DNA of 64,000 nucleotides from an uncultured delta proteobacterium (GCA_963778655.1 CAVZVA010000010.1:288001-352000); one strand, 5' to 3'; counted from the stretch's first letter, positions 31,309 to 41,723 are shown. A program made the numbers and translations. Notes: generated by a model from the letters alone, not told the origin.

Positions 31309-32652
31309 ATGCGCCGGGGGAGCTTCGGCTGGCTGTTGCTGTGGTTGTGCGCGAGCTGCTACCGCGCGCACTGGCCTCCGCTCGGCGGTGGCGGCGGCGC
31401 GCCGGGCGCGAGCACGGGCGCGTCGCCCGCCGCAGCGGCCGGCCACTCCGCACCGCCGGACACGCCCTCGCCCGCGAGCGCCGGCGCTGCGGCGCCCCCG
31501 CCGCCCCCGGCTTGCACGCGCTTCGTGCAGGTGTCAACCACCGTTAGCAAGGCCGATCTGCTGTTCGTGGTCGACAACTCGAGCTCCATGAAGGAGGAGC
31601 AGGCCTCACTGCGAGAGGCCTTTCCCGCGCTGATCCATGCCTTGGTCAGCGGCGACCGCGACAGCGACGGCGTGCCGGACTTCCCGCCGGTGAAGGACCT
31701 GCACCTAGGCGTGGTCAGCACCGACATGGGCCTGCCCGGCGTGCAAGGCATCAGCAACTGCAACGGCCTGGGCGAGGACGGCGTGCTGCTGAATCGGCCA
31801 GGCGCGTCGACGATCGGCTGTCAGGCGAGCTACCCGCCCTTTCTGTCCTTCCAGTCCGGCGCGAGCGACCCCGAGCAAATCGGCACGGACTTCGCCTGCA
31901 TCGCGACGCTCGGCACCGCGGGCTGCGGCTTCGAGCAGCCGCTCGAAGCGGCGCTCAAGGCGCTGTGGCCGTCCAGCGACCCGCGCATGACGTTTCTGCC
32001 CGAGCCGATCACGGGACTCGGCAGGCTCGGACACGGAGACAAGGAAAACGCCGGCTTCCTGCGCGACGACCCCAGCGACCCATCGTTGCTCGCCATCGTC
32101 GTGCTCACGGACGAGGACGACTGTTCGGTCGCCGACACGCACCCCTTCACGCCGCCGCAATACCTCGATCCGGTCGACCCGCTGGTGCAGGAGAGCATGA
32201 ACCTACGCTGCCATTACCACCCGCAAGCTCTGTATCCGGTCGAACGCTACGTGAACGGCCTGCAGGATCTGCGCCCCGGCGACGAAGACCTGGTCGTGTT
32301 CGCGGCGATCACCGGCGTGCCGCCGGACCAGGTCAGCCAGGACGCCCTCGCCAGCGTCGACTTCAGCGACTCCACCCAGCGCGAGCGTTTCTACCAACGG
32401 CTCTTGGCCGACCCGCGCATGCAGGAAGTCGTCGACGACAAGGGCACCGACGACCCTGCCGATGACGCCTTGAACCACTCCTGCATCAGCGCAGGCGGAA
32501 CCGCCGACCCCCCGATCCGGATCGTCCAAGTAGCCCAAGGCTTCGGCGCCAACGGCCTGGTCCAATCGATCTGCCAAGAGGACTTCCGTCCGGCGCTCGA
32601 CGCGATCGTGGCGAAGCTGGGCGAACGGCTGGTCAAGCGCTGCGGTGAGTGA
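31309..32652 (+). CDS. Myxobacterial VWA-like lipoprotein
   Basis: Lipobox CASC, Pro/Ala linker, MIDAS-like DLLFVVDNSSSM, GCGFEQPLEA, GFLR, LTDEDDCS. Confidence 0.82.
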   Translation: MRRGSFGWLLLWLCASCYRAHWPPLGGGGGAPGASTGASPAAAAGHSAPPDTPSPASAGAAAPPPPPACTRFVQVSTTVSKADLLFVVDNSSSMKEEQASLREAFPALIHALVSGDRDSDGVPDFPPVKDLHLGVVSTDMGLPGVQGISNCNGLGEDGVLLNRPGASTIGCQASYPPFLSFQSGASDPEQIGTDFACIATLGTAGCGFEQPLEAALKALWPSSDPRMTFLPEPITGLGRLGHGDKENAGFLRDDPSDPSLLAIVVLTDEDDCSVADTHPFTPPQYLDPVDPLVQESMNLRCHYHPQALYPVERYVNGLQDLRPGDEDLVVFAAITGVPPDQVSQDALASVDFSDSTQRERFYQRLLADPRMQEVVDDKGTDDPADDALNHSCISAGGTADPPIRIVQVAQGFGANGLVQSICQEDFRPALDAIVAKLGERLVKRCGE

Positions 32653-32678
32653 CGGGGCGTCCGGGCCGGACACGCCGA

Positions 32679-34172
32679 TCAGTCCGCGGGCAGCAGCGAC
32701 ACGTAGCTCTGGTCCGCGCAACCGTCGTCGCCCGCGTCGACCGGCGCCGTCGTCACGCCGCCATCCGGTTGCAACGCCAGCTCGCGCTCGCTGCCGGGCA
32801 CGGTGAGGGTGGGCACGCGCGAGCGCAGGTTCGCGTCCTGGTAACCGTTGTTGAGGATGCGCTGACTGATCGGCAGCTCGATGCCCTGGAAATCGTCGAG
32901 CACGTCGAGCCCGATCGATTGCAACTGCAGCCGCGCGGTCACGCGCGCCGCGGGCGCGGGCAGCGCGTAGCGGAACACGCGCGTCGCGGCCGCTCCGTCG
33001 GGCGCGGGCGCGGGCACGAGATCGCTCTCGTAGCCCTGCGGGTGCGCGTCGGAGGGCGCGGCCTTCCAGAACATGTGCACCGGCTGCGCGCTCTCGTCGT
33101 AGAGCCGGTCGCGCAGCACCTCGAGCTCGGGCTCGGCCTCGCCCACGACCTCGCCGCTGGCGACCACGCCGCGTTGAAAGATCACGTTGTCGCCGGCGTC
33201 GTAGGCGACCAGCTCGACCCAGGCCCTGCGGTCCTGGGTGGCCCCGCTCGGCCACGCGTGCCCCACGGCGCGATTGGTGAGCGTGACCTCGAAGGTATCG
33301 AACGCGGCGCCGTCGGCCGGCGTGAGCGTGAGCTCGATCGCGCCGGCGAGCTTGCAGGCGATCGCCGCGGTCTGCGCGTCGACGCCAGGGAAACCCTTCT
33401 CGAGCGCGATATCGACGCCCGCCCACAGGTGGCGGTGCAACCTGCGCTCGGGCGCGCCTGCGGCCGCGTGCCCGTCATAGCCGTCCATGTGGCAATCGGC
33501 ACAGGTCTGCTGCCCCGCGCCTTCGTGATCGAAGCGGCTGCCGCGCCACTCCGCGAAGGTGCGCTCGAGCGCGACGCCATTGGTGTTGACGATGTCGTGG
33601 CAGGCCCCGCACAGCGCGGCCGAGTCGAGCCGGCTGCCGTCGTGCAGCGCGGAGTACTTGCTGCGGTGGGCGCTGTTGGCGAGCGCCGCGCTCGCGTTGC
33701 GCGGGTCGGCCGCGTCCTTGCCGCCGCCCAGGCCGCCGCGCATGGTCGCATCGTGCGCCAGCGAGAGCGCCCGGTTGTGGTCGCCGTCCACCGCGCGCGC
33801 GTCGTGACAGAAGTAGCAGGTCACGCCGCGCGCGTTGGGATCGGTGAGATCGGGCAGGTTGAGCCCGTCCTGGGTCAAGCCCAGCTCGAGCGCCATCGGC
33901 GCGTGACACTTGACGCAGAAGCCGCCGAGCGCGCCGCCGGTTTCGATCTGTCCGCGCTCGTTCATCGCGATGAACACCGGGTCGGTGGCCGCGTACGCGT
34001 GCATGCTGGTCTGCCACTCCCGATAGTGCTCGGCGTGGCAGCCCTTGCAGGTCTCCGGGTCCTGCAGCGCCTCGATCGAGGCGCTGGGCTGCACCGATTG
34101 CGCCGGCGCGGCCGCCTGGCCGCAGCCCAGCAGCGTGAGCATCAGCACGACCGCTCGGCCTTCCGCGCGCAT
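32679..34172 (-). CDS. Pentaheme c-type cytochrome lipoprotein (c554-like N-terminal region)
   Basis: Lipobox LLGC; five CXXCH motifs (CKGCH, CVKCH, CYFCH, CGACH, CADCH); C-terminal 'N..VGH.WPSG...R..W' domain. Confidence 0.9.
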   Translation of the reverse strand: MRAEGRAVVLMLTLLGCGQAAAPAQSVQPSASIEALQDPETCKGCHAEHYREWQTSMHAYAATDPVFIAMNERGQIETGGALGGFCVKCHAPMALELGLTQDGLNLPDLTDPNARGVTCYFCHDARAVDGDHNRALSLAHDATMRGGLGGGKDAADPRNASAALANSAHRSKYSALHDGSRLDSAALCGACHDIVNTNGVALERTFAEWRGSRFDHEGAGQQTCADCHMDGYDGHAAAGAPERRLHRHLWAGVDIALEKGFPGVDAQTAAIACKLAGAIELTLTPADGAAFDTFEVTLTNRAVGHAWPSGATQDRRAWVELVAYDAGDNVIFQRGVVASGEVVGEAEPELEVLRDRLYDESAQPVHMFWKAAPSDAHPQGYESDLVPAPAPDGAAATRVFRYALPAPAARVTARLQLQSIGLDVLDDFQGIELPISQRILNNGYQDANLRSRVPTLTVPGSERELALQPDGGVTTAPVDAGDDGCADQSYVSLLPAD

Positions 34173-34187
34173 GCCGCACCCGCGCGC

Positions 34188-35981
34188 TCAGCCCGGGATC
34201 TTGAGGTACTCGCGCAGTCGCCCCAGGCGCGCGAACTCGCGCCGCGTGGTGGGGCCGAGCGGCCTGCCTCCGAGCCAGTACAGCGGCCCCAGCTCGCCCT
34301 CGACCTCGCGCTTGAGCTGCGCCATCGCGCCCTGCTGGATCTCGCAGCGGCGCGCCTGAACGTCGATGTTGAACAGCTTGGCCGAGTTCAGGCCGAGGAT
34401 CTTGCGCTTGAGGTCCTGGGTCAGCTCCGGGTAGCCGTACTGCGACTGAAACTGCGATGTGATGTTGAAATTCCAGAACGCGTCGACGTAGGGCTGGGGC
34501 TTGGAGGTCCAGATCGCGTCGCTGCCCCACAGCAGGTTGTCCTCGCCCACGTACAGCAGCAGCTTGCCGATCACGTGCGCGGCCTGCGTGGGGTCGTTCA
34601 TGATCTGGTTCCAGACGCCGCCCACCTCGGCGTAGATGTTCTGGTTGGGCCCGATGCCGCTGCCCTTCATCACGGTGATCAGCGCGTCGACGCCGGTCAT
34701 CGAGCCGTCTTGATAGGCGCCCTCGGCGGCGCCAAACACGCTGCCGTTGAAGCCGTAGCTCGAGTGGTAGACCACCCAGTTGGTGTCCGGGTAGGCCTTG
34801 GCCACGGGGCCGATGTCGCGCGGCGAGCAGTGATCGGAGTTGAACAGCGGCGCGGGCAGACCTTTGTGACAGCAGAAGGTCTTGATACCGGTCTGCCTCG
34901 CCTTCTCGATGAAGGGGATCCCCACCGCCATGTCGTCGAGCCAGAAACCGTCGGGCGCGTTGCCCCACACGTTGGAAGGCCCCCACTCGGTATGCACCTT
35001 CCAGCAGATGACCTTCTGCTCCTGGACCAGCTTGTCCATGCCGTCGAGCTGCGCCTGCAGGTTGTTGTTCGGCAGCACCTGGCCCTGGATCACCACGCGC
35101 TGCGAGTGCGCCAGCATGTTGATGTAGTCGCGCGAGGCGGCCATCTCGGGATTGGTGATTGGCAGCTCGCTCTCCACCGCGGGCACGGCCGAGAGCATGG
35201 CCAGGGTGGTGTGGCTCTGCACGAACATCAGATCGATGTACTCATCCTGCAGAAAGCACCCCGGCAGCCCCTTGCCGCAGCTCGCCTGGGCCGGATAGCC
35301 GAGGTTGAAGAACTGCGTGTAGGAGTCGTTGCCCACGCGATCGATGTGGTGGGTCTGCAGATCGAAAACGAACTCCTGGGTGGGGTCGAGCATGTTGGCC
35401 GCGGTGCAGGCGGGGTCCATCGGATCGCCGACGCTGTAGCTGCCGCCGACGCCGCCCGCGTCGGCGCCGCCCGTCCCGCCCGTCCCGCCGCTCATGCCGG
35501 CGCTGCCCGTGCCGCCGCTGCCGCTACCGCCCGCGCCGCCGGAGCTGCCGCCCGTGCCGCTCGCGCTGCTGCCGCCGCTGCCGGTGCCGGCGCCCATGCC
35601 GCTGCTCTGGCCGGCCGCTCCACTGCCGCCCGTCCCCGGCGAGCCCGCGCCGCCCCTTCCCGTAACCAAAGGACCGCCGCTGCCGCTGCCGCTGCCGCCG
35701 CCGCCCTGGGCGCGCTTGGCGCTGCACCCCGCCACGTAGTTGATCACCGCCAGCGTGGTCGCCATGCCCATGCTGCTGGCCAGAAACTGGCGGCGCTCGA
35801 TGCCGTGCTTGCGCGCGCCTTCGTCCGCGCGCTCGAGGATCAACTGGCGGATCAGCCGCTCACGCGGTGTCTGCGCGTGAAAGTACTCCCCATTGCTGTG
35901 GTTGCCGAACCAGATCGGAGGCTCGAGCTCGGGTTCGGGTCGCGACTTCTTGATCAGCTTCAACCATGGATAACGGCGCAC
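34188..35981 (-). CDS. Amidohydrolase_2-type protein with an internal Tat/lipoprotein signal and a Gly-rich linker
   Basis: IERRQFL...VAGC after about 60 aa; FDLQTHH, WKVH, HKG, YH, LWGSD.IW, KILGLN.AKL. Confidence 0.85.
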   Translation of the reverse strand: MRRYPWLKLIKKSRPEPELEPPIWFGNHSNGEYFHAQTPRERLIRQLILERADEGARKHGIERRQFLASSMGMATTLAVINYVAGCSAKRAQGGGGSGSGSGGPLVTGRGGAGSPGTGGSGAAGQSSGMGAGTGSGGSSASGTGGSSGGAGGSGSGGTGSAGMSGGTGGTGGADAGGVGGSYSVGDPMDPACTAANMLDPTQEFVFDLQTHHIDRVGNDSYTQFFNLGYPAQASCGKGLPGCFLQDEYIDLMFVQSHTTLAMLSAVPAVESELPITNPEMAASRDYINMLAHSQRVVIQGQVLPNNNLQAQLDGMDKLVQEQKVICWKVHTEWGPSNVWGNAPDGFWLDDMAVGIPFIEKARQTGIKTFCCHKGLPAPLFNSDHCSPRDIGPVAKAYPDTNWVVYHSSYGFNGSVFGAAEGAYQDGSMTGVDALITVMKGSGIGPNQNIYAEVGGVWNQIMNDPTQAAHVIGKLLLYVGEDNLLWGSDAIWTSKPQPYVDAFWNFNITSQFQSQYGYPELTQDLKRKILGLNSAKLFNIDVQARRCEIQQGAMAQLKREVEGELGPLYWLGGRPLGPTTRREFARLGRLREYLKIPG

Positions 35982-36342
35982 GCTTCACTCCCACTGACCC
36001 ACCCCGTCCAACCACGCTCCCGCTGCGTACTGTAGACCAGTGCCTGGCGCTCGGCACCCCGAGTCGGGCCTCTTGCGGCAGCCCCTGCTCCGCAACCTAC
36101 AGCCCGTGAGCGCATTCTATAAGCAGGCCAAATGGAACGCGCCCGGCGCCGCGCATGTCGCCTGCACGGAGACACCCGCCCCAAGCTGGGGTCGCGGACA
36201 ACGGCAACGTCGAGACACGCGCGGGACCGCTCGGCGTGCGTAACCGGCGCGAAACGCGGGCGCACGGGGGCGGAGCGCGTTGCCTCACGCCGGCCGAAGT
36301 GCCGCGAGCGCTGTACTCGGCGCCCGCTCCGGGACATGGTTG

Positions 36343-36870
36343 ATGCAAGCCGTGCGTTCTTCACCGTCAGCTCGACGCTCCTGGCTCACCCACACGCTGT
36401 TGCTCTGCTCGGCGCTGGCGTGCTGCTCGAGCACGGTCCCGGCGGAGTCCGAGCCGGCCACCGCCCCGGCCGGCGCGAGGAGCGCCGGCGGGGAAGGCGC
36501 GGCCGTGGCTTCCCCGGCCTCGGCGCCGCGCGCCGGCTGCCGCGTGCGTCAGGCCCAGCGCACGTTCGTCGGTTTTGCCGAGCACCAGTCGCTGGACGAC
36601 TTCGAAGCCACCGCGCTCGAAGCCGAGCGCGTGCTGCACATGCTCAAGGCCGAGCTCTGCCGGCCGCACGCCGCTTCGTCCTCGGATCCGAAGCTCCGCG
36701 CCGCCATCGGCGCGGGCCTGCTGGAGATCACCGCGGTTCGCTTCACGCGGGCGGATCTGAGCGCGGCCACTGCCGAGCTCCGCGAGCCCGAGCCTGCCAC
36801 GCAAGCGCGCTGGCTGCTGCAATGCGCACGCACCGACACCGGCTGGCAGATCGTCTCGACGCAGCCCTGA
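36343..36870 (+). CDS. Hypothetical lipoprotein
   Basis: Hydrophobic signal LLLCSALAC and a plausible helical domain; no family recognised. Confidence 0.5.
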   Translation: MQAVRSSPSARRSWLTHTLLLCSALACCSSTVPAESEPATAPAGARSAGGEGAAVASPASAPRAGCRVRQAQRTFVGFAEHQSLDDFEATALEAERVLHMLKAELCRPHAASSSDPKLRAAIGAGLLEITAVRFTRADLSAATAELREPEPATQARWLLQCARTDTGWQIVSTQP

Positions 36871-37027
36871 AGGCGCGCTGCGCTGGGACCGCGGCCGCCA
36901 AGCCGACCGGCTCCGCGCCTGCCGCGCCGCCATGACGCTTGCGCACAAGAGCAGCGCGACCTCGAGCTCGCGGCGGAGGCGCCCGGCTGGCTCGTACGCC
37001 GCCGCGCACCGCCCGTTCGGCGTCCCG

Positions 37028-38287
37028 CTACGGCGCGGCGCACATCAGCGGGCCCGCGCAGGTGCCGTCGCTGCCGCAGCTTCCACTGTAGCACTCCGCG
37101 GAATCGCCGCAGGCGCCGCCGACCTGCTGTAGTGCACGACAGGTGTCGCTGATGCAGATCGAATCGGGCGCGCACACCGGGGCGCGATTGGCGCTCAGGC
37201 AGGCTTGGCCGTCGCCCGGGCGGTCGCTGCAGACTCCGTCCGCGCCCGGCGCGGTCGCGTCGCAGTACTGCGAGGCCGGACACGGGTCGGGTTGGCCGCG
37301 CTTGCAGCCCGCGCCCGCGCCCACCGGCGGCTGGCAGGTGCCGTTGCTGGCGTCGACGCTGGTGCACACCAGCCCCGGCACGCACAGCGCGCTCACCGGA
37401 TCGCAGCTCTCGTCCTGCTGCTTGCTGTACAGGGTGTCGAGCGTCGCACACTGCGGACCCGAGCCCTGATCCAAACACACAAGGCCCGGCTTGCACTTGG
37501 GCGTGGTGTCGTCGCAGGTCTGGCCCACGTTGCCGAGCGGCGCGCAGGTGCCGCGGAAGCAGATCAGGCCGTCCTGGCATTGCGCGTCGTCATTGTTGTC
37601 GCAAGGCATGTCCTGGCTCTGCAGCGGCGCGCAAACGCCCGGACAAGTCGCGAGCATGCCCTTGGCGCAAAACGCGTCGGACTGACAGTCGAGGTCGATC
37701 GTGCACTCGTCGGCGGTGAGCTTGGTGCCGGTGAGCAGCCGGCGGCAGCTCTCGGGCAGGCGGCTCGCGCGCACGTCGCAGCCGAGCGCGCGCACGTCAC
37801 TCAAGCAGCCCTGCAGTTCCGAGGGCTTGTACACCACCAGCCCCGCCTTCACCGAATCGGGCAGATAGCGCAGCTCCCCGTTGCGCAGCAGGTTCTCGTT
37901 GAGGGTCACGCAATCACGGCCCCCGAGCGTGTCGGTGAGCAACTCGGCGTTGCCGTAGCACTGCATCAGCGCGTCGCAGGTCGCCGCCGCCAGCTGCGCC
38001 GGCCAGGCCTCCGCCCCGGCCATCGGCCCGCCCGCGTCGCCCGCGCCGCCCGCATCCATGCTCGCGTCGGGCGCCACGCCGCCATCCTCGTCGGCGCCCA
38101 TCCCGCCGCCGTCGGGCATGCTGCCCATGGGGCCGGCGTCGGCGTGCGCGTCCGGGCCGCCGCCGTCCTGGTCGAAGAACGAGGCGTCGAAATCCTTGCC
38201 GAAGTGCACATTCGTCCCGCAGCCCGCAGCCGCGAGCATGGCGGCCCCAAGCACGAGCGCTGCGCGCGTTGTTCCGTCTTGCCTCAT
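37028..38287 (-). CDS. Cys-rich repeat lipoprotein (EGF/Dickkopf-like)
   Basis: Lipobox AAAGC, DAG/DGG linker, about six 'G..C.....C..GL.C...C' modules. Confidence 0.8.
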   Translation of the reverse strand: MRQDGTTRAALVLGAAMLAAAGCGTNVHFGKDFDASFFDQDGGGPDAHADAGPMGSMPDGGGMGADEDGGVAPDASMDAGGAGDAGGPMAGAEAWPAQLAAATCDALMQCYGNAELLTDTLGGRDCVTLNENLLRNGELRYLPDSVKAGLVVYKPSELQGCLSDVRALGCDVRASRLPESCRRLLTGTKLTADECTIDLDCQSDAFCAKGMLATCPGVCAPLQSQDMPCDNNDDAQCQDGLICFRGTCAPLGNVGQTCDDTTPKCKPGLVCLDQGSGPQCATLDTLYSKQQDESCDPVSALCVPGLVCTSVDASNGTCQPPVGAGAGCKRGQPDPCPASQYCDATAPGADGVCSDRPGDGQACLSANRAPVCAPDSICISDTCRALQQVGGACGDSAECYSGSCGSDGTCAGPLMCAAP

Positions 38288-38539
38288 CTCGATACCCTCG
38301 CTCCTTGCGCGCAGGATACGGCGCGACGGCCGCGCTCGAAAGCATTTGCCGCCCGGGAAGGTCACATCCCAGGCAACCCCGGGCCCGAGGCACCCGCCTC
38401 CGCCGGGTTTCCTGCGCTCCTCCCAAGCGGTGGGAAGCCTTCCAAGTCCGACGGCCGCGCCGCGACAAGCTTCACCCGTGCGCCATGTCCGGCCGGCCCG
38501 CACGGCGGCCGGCTCGAAGGGCCCGGCGTTCAGAGGCGG

Positions 38540-40810
38540 CTACCGAGCAGGCGCGTTGCCCAAAGCGCCGGTCGCGCCGAGCGCCTCCAGGTAGTACCAG
38601 CCGATGCCCGCGAACAGCAGCGCGGTCGAGCTCTGAAAGTGACGCCCGAGATCGGGGTCGAGCACGGTCCAGTACTGCGCGACGCACACCGCGAGCCAGG
38701 GCAAGGCCGCCCGTGCGAGCGAAGGCGAGGCGGCCTCAGACGCGGGCGCCGCCAGCGGCTCCCGCCCGGCCGCGGTGCCCAGCAGCGGCAGCAGGCACAC
38801 GAAGTGGTCGTAGTAGTTCGAGGGATTGGCGAGCACCGGGATCAACGGCAGCGCGAGCACCGCGGCCTGGTCGAGCCGGCGGCCGCGGCCGGCGAAGAGC
38901 GCAACCGCAACGCACACAAGCAGCGCGCACAAGTACAGTGGCAGCCGCGCGCGCAGCGTCTTGTCGGTCGACTCCAGGCCCCCGATCAGCGCCTTGAGGC
39001 TCTCGTCGTTGACCGCGAGCTGACTGTTGAGCAGCGTGACCTTGTGCCACCAGGCGATCCACGCGCCCGGCGAGTACAGCGCGGTCGTGAGCAACAGCAG
39101 CACCAGCATGCAGCCGGCCGCGCCGGCCAGCACCAGCAGCGCGGGCCGCTGCTGCGCGAGCAGCGCCCGCAACGCGGGCGGCCGGCCCTCGCGCCGCCAC
39201 TGCTCGACCACCCAGAAGCCGAGCGTGGCCGTGACGCCGATCAACGCGGCGCCGGGAAACGCGCGGATCATCACGCTCAGCCCGAACAACACGCCGGCGA
39301 GCACAAAACGCCGCGCGTGCAGCGCGCAGACGCCGAAGCCGAGGTACACCAGCCAGTCGTGGCGCAGAGTCGCGCCGCCCCAGTTGGTACCGAACATGTA
39401 GAAGTCGTTGGCGCCGAACACCACCATCGAGACCAGCATCGGGCGCAGGCCGAAGCTACGCCACACCACCGCGAACATCAGCGCGAACAGCATCAAGTCG
39501 AGCAGCCCGCCCATCAGCAGCACCTGCTCGCTGGCGAGGCGGGAGCCGAAGAAGAGCCGGGCGAACAGCACCCACACCGGCGTGGCGTTGGCCCCATGAT
39601 CGGACAAGGTCGCGAGGTAGTCGGGTCCCATCACCTCGCGGAAGTAGCGCATGTCGCGCTTGAACGAACGCCAGCGCGGCGCGCTGAAGCGCGCGCGCAC
39701 CTGCCGCAACGGCTCGGCGAGCTCGCGCAGGCGGTGGATGCTGTGGTCGTTGAGATCGCGCACCACCGTGTTGCCGACCGAGGCGAGCGTCGCGCCGGGA
39801 ACGTCCTCGAGGTAGGCCTGCGCGCTCGCCAGGTAGACGCCGTCGTATCCGAGCTCCTCGAAGTACTTGGCGAACGGGTAGTACACCCGCATGTCGGTGG
39901 TGTGGACGAACTCGGGCCGACCCTCGAGCGAGTTCCAAAACTGCGACCGGCCGAGGTTGTAGAAGGACGCGAACGCCAGCCCGCCGCACAGCGCGAGCAC
40001 CCCCAGCACCACGCCGCGATGGGCGGCAAAGCGCGGGCGAAACCAGCCCTCGCGCAACAGCGCCAGCCCCGCCACCGCCGCAGTCAGCGCGCGCAGCAAC
40101 GACAGCTCGCGCGCCTGCACCGGCCAGGCCCCGACCAGCGCGTGCCACAGCACGTAGCCGCTCGCCAGCGGCGCGAGCGCGGCCAGCGCGAGCCACAGCG
40201 GCCCGCTGCGGCGGCCGGTCGCGAACAGCATGATCACCAGGCCGAGGCCGAAGCCGAGCAGCGCGTTGCGCAACCTCGGCCCGTAGCCCACGCCCTCCCT
40301 CACCTCCAGCTCGGGCGGCAGGTGCGACGGCCGGCTCGAATACAGCGCCAGCTCGGCGAGCGAGTAGTTGCCGTCGCCCTTGCGCGGGGACACGCGCACG
40401 AAGCGCGCCGAGCCGTGCAGGGTCGAGACGCTACGGCCGCGCAGGCCGGGCGCCCCGAGCGACGCCGCCAGCCATAGATCGGTGAAGTGCTTGCCGTCGC
40501 CGGAGACCTGCACTAGGTAGGCGTCGTTATTGTCGCCCTGCAGGTAACCGGCCTCGATCGGCTGCACGCGTCCGAGGTCGTACTCCACGTACGCCGAGCT
40601 GGAGAGGAAGACCGCGGTGACGTCCGTGCTCCAATCGTCGCCCTCGGGCGCGACCACGCCGTCGGTGAGCACGCGCGCGTTGCGCACCCCGTTCAGCCGC
40701 GAGGGCGCGCGCCCCGCCAGCAGGTCGGGCGGCTCCGCCCGCGCCTGCGCCGCCACCAGCAACAAGAGCGGCAGCAGCAGCACGGACACGCGCGTGTGAG
40801 TGGCAAGCAT
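38540..40810 (-). CDS. Discoidin (F5/8 type C)-like domain fused to a GT87-like membrane glycosyltransferase domain
   Basis: Signal peptide; 'YDLG.VQPI...LQGDNND.Y.VQVS.DG' and 'ARFVRV'; then a multi-TM region with 'D...YY..AKYFEELGY..VY', 'DHGANATP.W' and 'LRHDW'. Confidence 0.7.
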   Translation of the reverse strand: MLATHTRVSVLLLPLLLLVAAQARAEPPDLLAGRAPSRLNGVRNARVLTDGVVAPEGDDWSTDVTAVFLSSSAYVEYDLGRVQPIEAGYLQGDNNDAYLVQVSGDGKHFTDLWLAASLGAPGLRGRSVSTLHGSARFVRVSPRKGDGNYSLAELALYSSRPSHLPPELEVREGVGYGPRLRNALLGFGLGLVIMLFATGRRSGPLWLALAALAPLASGYVLWHALVGAWPVQARELSLLRALTAAVAGLALLREGWFRPRFAAHRGVVLGVLALCGGLAFASFYNLGRSQFWNSLEGRPEFVHTTDMRVYYPFAKYFEELGYDGVYLASAQAYLEDVPGATLASVGNTVVRDLNDHSIHRLRELAEPLRQVRARFSAPRWRSFKRDMRYFREVMGPDYLATLSDHGANATPVWVLFARLFFGSRLASEQVLLMGGLLDLMLFALMFAVVWRSFGLRPMLVSMVVFGANDFYMFGTNWGGATLRHDWLVYLGFGVCALHARRFVLAGVLFGLSVMIRAFPGAALIGVTATLGFWVVEQWRREGRPPALRALLAQQRPALLVLAGAAGCMLVLLLLTTALYSPGAWIAWWHKVTLLNSQLAVNDESLKALIGGLESTDKTLRARLPLYLCALLVCVAVALFAGRGRRLDQAAVLALPLIPVLANPSNYYDHFVCLLPLLGTAAGREPLAAPASEAASPSLARAALPWLAVCVAQYWTVLDPDLGRHFQSSTALLFAGIGWYYLEALGATGALGNAPAR

Positions 40811-40898
40811 GGAAGCGGCCTGGGTGCGGCGGGCGCCGCATCATCGCTCCGAACGCCGCTTCCAGGAAGGGGCTTAGGGCGCGGGGAACAGGCAGCGC

Positions 40899-41723
40899 TC
40901 AGCGCAGCGTGCCGCGGGGACGCAGCGCCTCCTGACGCTCGGGCGAGAGCCCGGAGCGCGCGAGGTCGCTGGCGCTGGCGATGCCGGTGATGCCCACCAG
41001 ATCCATCACCACGATGTGGCCGACGTGCAGCGCGACGCCCTGGCTGGCAGCGCGGTGCACGGGAAACGCGGGCGGAAGGCACAACAGTCGCGGGTCGTAC
41101 CAGTCCTCCACCCGCGAAGGCGCAGGCCCGCGCTCCGCGCTCAGGGCATCGATCTGCCCGAAGACGCCGATGGGAAGATCGCCGTCGGTCACGACCAGCG
41201 CATGAACGCCGGCGGTGCTCAGGCGCTCGAGCGCAACCTCGACCGGATCGACGCAGCGCACCGTCGCGACCGACTTGGTCATCACCGCGGCCAGTGGCTC
41301 GGGCACGCGATCGTCGGCCACAGCCCGCATGGCGTCGTGCAGGCTGAAGATGCCGACCAGCCGGCCATCCTCGATCACGCACAGCCGGTGCACGCGCTCG
41401 CCCAGCATGTGGTCGACCGCCTGCTCGACACGCGCCGCCGCAGTGGTGGCCAGCGGGTTGCGGGTCATGATCTCGCGCGCCGGCTGCTCCGGCAGCTCCA
41501 GCTGTGGCCGCTGCCAGCGCGCACCCTTGCGCACGACGCCCACCTGCAACAGATCGGCGAGCGAGATCAAGCCGACCAGCGCACCGCCGTCGCCGAGCAC
41601 CGGCGCCGCCGACACGCCGTGCCGCTGCAGCTCGCTCAGCACCTGCGGCAGCGGGGTGTGCTCCTGCACGCAGCACACTTGCGTGGCCATGTACTCGCGC
41701 ACCGCACGCTGGAAGTATCGCAC
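40899..41723 (-). CDS. CBS-domain protein (two Bateman modules)
   Basis: Four CBS-like repeats: VSAAPV..LVGLIS..DL, VHRLCV..LVGIFS..DA, VHALVV..IGVF..DA, VGHIVV..TGIAS.SDL. Confidence 0.82.
   Translation of the reverse strand: MRYFQRAVREYMATQVCCVQEHTPLPQVLSELQRHGVSAAPVLGDGGALVGLISLADLLQVGVVRKGARWQRPQLELPEQPAREIMTRNPLATTAAARVEQAVDHMLGERVHRLCVIEDGRLVGIFSLHDAMRAVADDRVPEPLAAVMTKSVATVRCVDPVEVALERLSTAGVHALVVTDGDLPIGVFGQIDALSAERGPAPSRVEDWYDPRLLCLPPAFPVHRAASQGVALHVGHIVVMDLVGITGIASASDLARSGLSPERQEALRPRGTLR

Noticed and set aside
35450..35710. GCC/CCG-rich repetitive DNA
   Set aside because: It encodes the Gly/Ser linker of the amidohydrolase and is not a separate element.
32649..40477. Very long ORFs such as 32649-36035 (+) and 37205-40477 (+), and many similar ORFs across the window
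   Set aside because: They are antisense or off-frame shadows of motif-supported genes. Their Arg/Ala/Gly-rich translations are expected at this GC content.
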